A DNA stretch of 64,000 nucleotides from Oculina patagonica (Eukaryota), in the NCBI RefSeq assembly GCF_052425735.1, contig NC_135759.1:22196001-22260000 (forward strand), in the 5' to 3' direction. Below are positions 56,701-64,000 of the stretch, piece by piece. The stretch's first letter is position 1, and the number at the start of each line of letters is the position of its first letter. Position numbers and translations under genes: made by a program. The notes below the pieces were generated by a model. That model had not been told where the DNA came from. It worked only from the letters and a program-made list of their open reading frames with translations, and made no database searches.

Positions 56701-59163
56701 CATAATTCAACATATTTTCAACAAAATGCATTTATCAGCTAGATAAACCATGCTTATGCAGCGATTACACAATGTCAGTTCAATCTTGGCAAGCTACATA
56801 TATCACAGGATACCTATTATGGAGAGATAACACATAACAAGGACATTCTGAGCATACATTGTGAAAATTTATTGAATAATAAGTAAGTTTATTTTTCCTT
56901 GCACTGCAAAATGCCTTCATGCATCCATCAGCTACCATAAAGATAGAAAAATGATACCAGAAACCAATAGTCTCTACATTACGTAACCATGTTTCAACAT
57001 AGAGCAGTTTTCAATTGACACATTTGCTTTGGTTTTGCATTACAACGATTATTGATTGGTTTAAAAATCTTGCGCCACTTTCTTTACCAATCAGGAGTAA
57101 AAACATCACACATGTCACATGTTTCCTGCACTTCGCATTGGCTACATGTATTTACTTTGAGTTTAAATTGGAATTTGGTTCACTGAATCATCTGCGTCTT
57201 TTGTGATTAGCCAGAATGATTACTTTGGTTTTGGTTTTACGACACTCAAATAAAAACTGCTCTATGAGCTCATAATTAAGGGATTTCACACCAACTTAGT
57301 TGGTGATTACTGCAACACCTTGGTCTAATTTACCTGTTTCCTCTGGGCTGTAAAGATCCCTCCACAGAGCTCTGTGTTTGAGATCATCTTTGGGAGCATA
57401 CAAATAAGTATTCATTCCCAGACTCTTTAACCTAGTACAACGATATGAAAAGTAGTCCTGTTACATAAATCTGGTATACTGAAGCCCCATACTATATGAC
57501 TTAATTTTTTAATACATTGAAATCCCAGATAAAGAAGTGTCAAGATACTGGAAAAATGCATTCATTATAATGGGGCTGGTTATACTGGGGACCTGTTATA
57601 ACTTTGGCCAGGCTGAAGAATATCCTTCATTACACTGAGGAGTTCATTATTCATATAGGGGCTCCACTGTAAATAGGGTGGCAAAGGGTTTGTGCGTGAC
57701 ACTTGATGGCCCCTAAATTTAGCAGCGTGATGTGTGATGGAGCCAAAATAAGTCATATGACGTGGGACTGGACATTATAACATGATGTTGGACATTGTAA
57801 CGTGATGCTTTATTTTACAAGCTTGAGACACTTGATTTAGATTTTTGCAATAAGTGAACTTCCTTTAACTTGCAGAAGAATATCCTTCAAAGTAAAATAC
57901 AGTCTAAATGGAGGTCAATAAACTGTAGCAGCCCCAACCCCTTTTTCTGGTTTTTCAGGGTACATTCAGTAGCGATTCCAACAAACAGTAAGTTGCGTTA
58001 GACGTGTATGTCTAACAAAAACTGTCTGCCGTTTGGGGCAATAAGACAAGTAAAATTAATAATTAACACCCAAACAATCCAAGTTCCCACCAAAAAAGTG
58101 AACAGGAAGGTACATACCTATTTTAAAGTGGTGCATGAGTTAATTTGAAACTTCAATGTGATGCATGCCCCCCCCCCCCCCCCCCCCCTTGCCACCCTCT
58201 GTAAACAATACCCAACACATTTCTAGGGTTTATTGGCTCAATCAACAGCATATTAAATATGAAAGAAGTTTGAATACTACAGGCTAAACTTGCTGAAACT
58301 GGAAAGTGATCTGCAAGATTTTTAAACAACATAAATGTCTTGTCTGATACTTATATCAAATTCTTACGATGACTACAAGAGTCTGGAAAGTAGTCTTCTT
58401 GAAAAAAAAAGTTTGTTTCACGACCCATTTGATAAAAATTATTATACAAAAGTATAGTACTTCTATTGTTCATACATGGTACACTTGATTGAAATGGTTT
58501 TTATCCTGCGAGACAAACCATGAAAAGGCAAAACACCATAACACAGGTTTGGCCATACATGAACTAAGCTTATTAAGCTTACCTCATCACAAACATAGCT
58601 GTGAAAAGCAGATTACTCAAACTCTAGACAAGTAGACAATTAAATTCACGCTTATCTTTTTAAAACCAGTCTATGCGTGTCAAATTGTACCAAAACACAT
58701 ATATTTTATATCTCACTTCTAGAAGTCATTATTGCCCAACAAAACACATCCCCAGGCTTAAAATTAACAACTTATTAACTTATAATAAAATAAAAAAAAC
58801 CTTGCAAGTATAAGCTTAAGTTTAATTTTGACGTCGACATTAAAGACGACTCAAAATATATAAGCTTGAGCTTGAAGTTAAACTTGAATGTGTAATTTTT
58901 TACCTCACAAACAACTCTTTTCGCTGTTCGAACGTCCACGGTCTTCCATAGAAACCTATTACAAACAAAAGTAAAAAGAAAAACCATTTAATCTTCATAA
59001 AAACAGCCATCGATATCGGGGAAAATAGCTTGACTCGGCGTAAGAAAGTTGCTGGGCCTTTTCGTTCAAGATCGTTTCATCAACGCACAAAAGAAATCCG
59101 TTGACCTTCAACAACTCCGCTGAGAAACTCCTCAGTCTTATCTTTAGACGTATCAGAAGTCAT
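44718..59163 (-). CDS. OGA: O-GlcNAcase (GH84 domain + stalk + C-terminal GNAT-like domain), about 871 aa
   Basis: 14 GT-AG exons: 59106-59163, 58904-58955, 57334-57431, 56330-56460, 55494-55662, 54593-54691, 51192-51980, 49862-50115, 48883-49155, 48112-48216, 47701-47795, 47092-47230, 45538-45696, 44718-44912, total 2616 nt. Motifs [19 protein letters not shown], catalytic [33 protein letters not shown]. An in-frame upstream ATG at 59244 is an alternative start. Confidence 0.96.
45982..46057 (-). ncRNA. Box C/D snoRNA, copy in OGA intron 12
   Basis: TGTAACAGC-A-GTGATGA (box C) ... CTGA (box D)-GCTGTTACA with a perfect 9-bp terminal stem; intronic and on the host strand. Confidence 0.75.
46460..46711. 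mobile_element. hAT-like MITE
   Basis: TIR CAGGGCTGCAAATAA / TTATTTGCAGCCCTG; TSD not clean. Confidence 0.7.
47330..47594 (-). mobile_element. tRNA-derived SINE (same family as 31575-32008)
   Basis: GGAGGCATGGTGGCCTAATGG...GGTTCAAACCC head plus the shared body. Confidence 0.8.
49708..49783 (-). ncRNA. Box C/D snoRNA, copy in OGA intron 8
   Basis: TGTAATAGC-A-ATGATGA ... CTGA-GCTGTTACA; the 3' half is identical to the intron-12 copy. Confidence 0.75.
50221..50616. mobile_element. Poly-G-ended DNA transposon, 8-bp TSD ATCTTGCC
   Basis: CCCAGGGGGGTACT ... AGTACCCCCCTGGG; TSD at 50213-50220 and 50617-50624. Confidence 0.88.
54731..55240. mobile_element. TA-flanked MITE
   Basis: TACCAAAAATGATCTAATAAATGCCC / GGGCGTTTATTAGATCATTTACGGTA inverted ends with GGGGCRTTTATTAG subterminal repeats. 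Confidence 0.75.
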
Positions 59164-59475
59164 TGCAACTCTTTTCTTGAATCCTACGGGGAGTTTAAGC
59201 TTTGAATTCTTGAGAATACGAACTCGACCAGATAACGCCTTCATTGGTACCCGCTCATGAAGACGCTCATGAACTGAGTTGAGAGCAAAATTCGGATTAT
59301 GCGCAGTTTCACCGCAAATCACGTTTTTCCGGTTTTCACAAATATCCCCGCGAAATACGCGCGTCACGCGAGACCTGTCTAGTGTCTAGTTGAGTTGTTG
59401 CTGTCTGCGTTCTGCCTTTGCTCTGCCCGAGTAATATGGTGGCAGTTCAGTACTTCTCGAGTTTTCTGCTTGGTA

Positions 59476-59667
59476 ATGTGTTGGAGATTACTTACAATAG
59501 TCGTTGAAGAAAATGTTATAAAGCTGTTTGATTATAAATGTAACCCAAGGTCGCTTCAAGATTTATGCCGAAGTTGTGTTCGGAAAACAATTTGTTCGGG
59601 ATACCTTGATAAAGTGAACAGCTTGGAAATTCCACATACGTTGAAAAACTACCTTTTGTTCAAATAA
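59476..59667 (+). pseudogene. SOCS-box-only remnant or possible 63-aa micro-ORF
   Basis: From 59506 it aligns with the C-terminus of both paralogs (EENVIKLFDYKCNPRSLQDLCRSCVRKTICSGYLDKVNSLEIPHTLKNYLLFK*); in-frame ATG at 59476 lies in non-homologous sequence. Confidence 0.75.
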
Positions 59668-59837
59668 ACCAAGCCAGAGATTTATTCAACATGTTCAATG
59701 CACTTCAAAAAAATTGTGTGAATCTTTCATCACAGCAAGAAGATAGATAGACAGGGACCAGCACATTATAGGGGAAAATGCTCAACTTGATATCTCGGAG
59801 CCCACCTGTCAAAATTTGGAAAAGAAAGCTGTCTGTA

Positions 59838-59918
59838 ACAATTTGTTCGGGATACGTTGATAAAGTAAACAGTTTGGAAATTCCATCTATGCTGAAAAAT
59901 TACCTGTTGTTCAAGTAA
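59838..59918 (+). pseudogene. Second SOCS-box 3' remnant
   Basis: TICSGYVDKVNSLEIPSMLKNYLLFK*, followed by a 3' flank homologous to that of paralog A. Confidence 0.85.
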
Positions 59919-60311
59919 ACCATGCCAAAAATTCATCTAAAAGAAACTATTAATCACTCATGAAAATGAGAAGGTAGATAAACAGGGACTGGCACAAAAA
60001 GGGGTCCAAGACCCACTTTATATCCAGGTGCCTTGTCTAGGATCATTTTATGTGTAAATATAAAAAGGACTTACAGATTGTCATGTGGAATGTAAGAAAA
60101 GACATTAACAATTTATTAACAATAGATAACTTATTATCTATTATTAAAAAGCACTCACTAAGAAAATAATAGGAAAGATTTCACCTGGCTGCCAATTTTG
60201 TTTTTTTTTGTTTTGGGGAGGAGTTATTTAATACAGGACCAGAGTTGTATGTTAGGGCCTCCAGTCCTTGCATTACCCAGAAGCAAAGCTAGCCGAAGCA
60301 TCTACCAGTAC

Positions 60312-60800
60312 ACTAGTCCCAGCGTATCCAATCGAACAAAATCGAACCAAAAATCAATCGAACCCAATCGAACACCAATCGTTCGATTGGGTTCGGTAAT
60401 CGAGCAAAATCAAACATCTATTTTGCTGTGAGTTCGATTTTCGAACCAATCGGACGCAATTGAACTCAATCCGATTCGATTTTGTTTGGAATCCGCCTCT
60501 TGATAAGTAAATCACGCAGGACTAACTAGGGGGACAGTGCACCGTACAAAATGCCCGCATTATAAACAAACAGGAGTTCGGTAATTGAACCTTCGATTGA
60601 GTTCGATTGTCGAATGTTCGGTAATCGAACGTTCGATTTTGTTGGATTGTCGACTGTTTGTTAATCGAACGTTCGATTTTGTTTGATTGACCAAATTTTA
60701 TTGTGAGTTTTATTATGTTCGATTACCGAACCCAATCGATACAATTGATGTTTGATTAAGTCCGATTACTGAACGTTCGATTGGATACGCCGGGACTAGT
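60312..60800. mobile_element. MITE built of AATCGAAC / GTTCGATT repeats
   Basis: ACTAGTCCCAGCGTATCCAATCGAAC ... GTTCGATTGGATACGCCGGGACTAGT; absent from the paralogous flank near 14990. Confidence 0.88.
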
Positions 60801-61885
60801 ACCTAGTATATATTCACACAAACAAGGCCATGATGTTTATCCTCTCTCACTGGTTGAAATTTCAAAAATGGTGTTGTATCATGAAATCATGATGTCATGG
60901 CATGAAAGCAAGAAAATGCTTGCCAAGGTACTTGGTGTCCCCCTTTACTTCTTGCATAACAGATAATGTCAAAATAATACCTTATGTGAAAGAGTGATTA
61001 ATCTCTTCTTTACTACCTATGTTTTACAATTAACTGTCCAGAGGTGGCGGAGCATTTTGAAACATGGGTGGGGGCTCGTACTCCAAGCCAAGCGTATAAC
61101 CGGCCTGTTGGGGTGGGTCGCATCCCCCTATTTGAATTACCCAAAATGTCTTTAACAGTGTCCGGTGTGTCCGTAATCGTTTTGTGACAATATAACTAGG
61201 CAGTTCAGATGATCTTGCTTGATGGTGTTAACTGTACTTATCTGGAACATGTCTCTTTTTTTGCTTAAATACCGGTAGTCGAAAAAATGTTAAACACATA
61301 CGACAATGCAGCGTGCAAACTAGTACCTAATTTGATTGGCTATCATGGTTATATTTAGCAAATCAAATCGACCGTTTTAAAACCCCTTTGCTGAATTAAG
61401 CCTAGGGGGGGGGGGGGGGCACTTCCTATAAATGGGCTAATGGGGATGTGCCGCTGGATGGGGTCGCATTTTCACGACTGGTCTGACTATAATGGGGTCG
61501 CCTTTTCAAGCATTTTTTATAGGGTGACTAGAATGGGGTCACACTTTTCCGTGATTTTGAGAGGAAGAAAGTTCTGGCAAGTTTAGTTGTGATTTATAAA
61601 CGGAAAGATTCCCGAACAAAAATTGACCCAAGTACCCGCCCGAGGCTGTAAGGGATTTTACAATAGTTGATTTGATTGGCTAGTTTTAAATTCTCTTTTT
61701 TAAAAATCTAGCCAATCAAATCAATCAAATCATGTGTCCCCAGAGCCACTTGTTACTCGTGCCCCAGGCTCAGTCGGCTATAAAGTGGGACAGCCGGACA
61801 GGGGACAGGCGACTCTGGGACGAGAGGATCCTGGGAACAAGGTTACAGAACTCGCACCAGCTCGCCGCGTCTAAAACTATTTAAA

Positions 61886-62974
61886 ATGGCCGAACACGCG
61901 AAGGTTATTCCCAACAACTGTGTTTCAGAGATTAAAATCCCAAGAAGTGTGGGAAGAGCACACGGAGTTGATTACAACCCAGTTTTGGACTTGTATGCGA
62001 CTTTCGATTACGATGAAAGAGTTTCCCTCTGGAATCCTGTGAGTGGATCAGTGGTAGCTGAATTAAGAGGCTTCGGCGCGCTCCATGACCCGTTGTTTGT
62101 ACCAGGTAATCGTATTGCAGTAAGCTCATCAGATTTATATGCTCAAAGAGATATAAAGATCTTTGACCTTGGACAAGTCATACCTAATTCAGCCGAATTT
62201 GTAAAAGGAGACAATGACAGTGACAGAGAGGACGAAGGCGACGAAGAGGAGGACGAGGACGAAGATTCCACACCTGAAATAGTAATAGAAGACAAAGATT
62301 TTCTCATGGCGGATATGCCTGGAGCGATTGCTTTGTCACCAGCTCCAGGAAGGAATCTTCTTGTCACAGATACACATGGAGGGTGTGTTTATGAAATATT
62401 CATTGACTGGGACACTTTAAAGGTCCTCAAATGGAGAGAAGTTTTTCCAGAAGACGAGGAAGTTGAATGTGGAATTCATCTGCTATGCTGTTCTGCGGAT
62501 TTCAAGGTTACAATTTTTTCTTTTGACCTGCCCTTTATATCTACTGTAAAAGTGTGCTTGAACTCTGAAGGGAAGGTAGAGTTGCAGGAACAAGAGAAAA
62601 TCACATATTACATGCTAAATGGTGAGGAAAAACGGATTGACAAGAATGTAACTGGACTTGTTCATGATGGAGAAAACCTGATCATTGCAAATGAAGGTGA
62701 AATTGTGTTGCTGGAGTCAACGACAGAAGGCAGCAATGCACATCTGATTGCATCAGATGTTAAACCTACAGGGCAAATAAGACTAAACCATGAGGGCCAG
62801 TTAATTGTCTGTGAAGAAAAGGTTATAAAGCTGTTTGAGTATAAATGTAACCCAAGGTCCCTTCAAGATTTATGCCGTTGTCTTGTTCGAAAAGCAATTT
62901 GTTCTGGATACATTGATAAAGTAAACAGTTTGGTAATTCCATCCCTTCTAAGAAACTACCTCTTGTTCAAGTAA
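61886..62974 (+). CDS. Intronless NHL-like beta-propeller protein with C-terminal SOCS box (paralog B), 362 aa
   Basis: Intact ORF collinear with paralog A; SOCS box PRSLQDLCRCLVRKAI...VNSLVIPSLLRNYLLF; TATAAA at about 61779. Confidence 0.9.
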   Translation: MAEHAKVIPNNCVSEIKIPRSVGRAHGVDYNPVLDLYATFDYDERVSLWNPVSGSVVAELRGFGALHDPLFVPGNRIAVSSSDLYAQRDIKIFDLGQVIPNSAEFVKGDNDSDREDEGDEEEDEDEDSTPEIVIEDKDFLMADMPGAIALSPAPGRNLLVTDTHGGCVYEIFIDWDTLKVLKWREVFPEDEEVECGIHLLCCSADFKVTIFSFDLPFISTVKVCLNSEGKVELQEQEKITYYMLNGEEKRIDKNVTGLVHDGENLIIANEGEIVLLESTTEGSNAHLIASDVKPTGQIRLNHEGQLIVCEEKVIKLFEYKCNPRSLQDLCRCLVRKAICSGYIDKVNSLVIPSLLRNYLLFK

Positions 62975-63159
62975 ACCATTCCAAAAATTAATTCAATTAA
63001 TCTAATAGAAAATATTAAATATATATTACAATGAGAAGGTTGATAGACAGGAACCGGCACAAAAAGGGGTCCAAGGTCCACTATATATCCAGGTGCCTTT
63101 TGTAGGATCATAAGACTTCTGGCGTTTTTGACAGATGAATTGGCAGAGCCCTTTTTTGT

Positions 63160-63295
63160 TTCAAAGATATTGTCTATGTACTAGTAGTACCAACGTATGT
63201 ATGGTCGGTAAGGGGCATGTCTTAGGGAGTCTTTTTGAAATTTTGTTTAGAAAAGATTGGCATATGAAGGAGCCATCCTTGTACCCATAGCAATG
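63160..63295 (-). mobile_element. Penelope-like reverse transcriptase fragment (degenerate)
   Basis: Minus strand IAMGTRMAPSYANLF*...WYY*YIDNIF resembles the Penelope RT motifs AMGTxMAPxYANLFM and RYIDDIF. Confidence 0.75.
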
Positions 63296-64000
63296 GGTTC
63301 AAGAATGGCTCATTGTGTGCTTCATAGACGATATCTTTATGATATGGAGGCTCACAGTACAGGATCTCAACACTTTTATAACTTTTCTCAAAGGCATTCA
63401 CCCCACCATTAGATTCACTTGTAATCATTCCTGATTGAAGAAAACGTGGCTTGGGAATTGCCAGAGGCCAGCAACTCCCTGAGCCTTCCCCTTCCCTCCC
63501 CCTGTGGGGTTTAAAAGAGCCCAGGGACACTGCTAGAAAGCCTCCCGTCACAGCTAACCTTTCAGAGGCCTCAAGGCTGCTGAGCCCAGAGACAACGATT
63601 TCAAATAACTTCACTAAACAGCGTCAGAATGGCTTTAAAATCAGCACAAGAGAAAATTACATGACTCATTTGAGGTAGGAAAACTTTATTTTAAATTAGT
63701 AGTTATTTACGCAATTTTTTTTACGATTGGTGACTTTCCCGTACAATTCTTTATATACACAAGCGCAGACGCGAATTTTGAGTTTGGGGAGCCTGTAGGC
63801 CAATGCACTTTTTGCGAATCCTTTCTCAAAGTGACGCGTGGATCACGAATCCTAAAAATCGGGATTTAGATATCTGATGTCTCCACTTGGAGTGTGGATT
63901 CTTCAGATCACTAATCCATGATTAATCCATTTTCATATTAAAGTAAAGAAACGAAAAATCTGTTTTTGGATACAATAATCTGAATCTGGATCTTCCACAA

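Noticed and set aside
60330-60780. CRISPR-like or regulatory repeat array (also the AAAAGTTGC repeats at 16730-17200)
   Set aside because: Eukaryotic context, no fixed repeat-spacer period, and both arrays are internal to TIR-bounded elements.

Overview
AT-rich, intron-containing animal DNA, most likely a scleractinian coral or other anthozoan (inferred from repeat style and gene content, not proven). I spliced the gene models by hand from GT-AG sites and reading phase. Left to right: the 5' part of ACTR1A/Arp1 (-, runs off the window), head-to-head with a PLPP4/5-like lipid phosphatase (+); an intronless beta-propeller + SOCS-box gene (-); a 5-exon homeobox gene (-) that joins a SIX-type domain to a TALE-type (Irx/Mkx-like) homeodomain and resembles vertebrate ANHX; PIGN (-), head-to-head with an intronless HSP70 (+) ending EEIE; a 14-exon O-GlcNAcase (OGA, -) hosting two box C/D snoRNA copies; SOCS-box remnants and a second intact propeller-SOCS paralog (+). 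Introns and intergenic DNA contain many MITEs, tRNA-derived SINEs and LINE/RTE/Penelope/Crypton fragments. The strongest leads are (1) the SIX-domain + TALE-homeodomain gene, (2) an apparently intact acetyl-CoA-binding motif in the OGA 'pseudo-HAT' domain, and (3) the NHL-like propeller-SOCS-box family arranged as a mirror-image duplication. No database searches were run; comparisons to known proteins are from memory.
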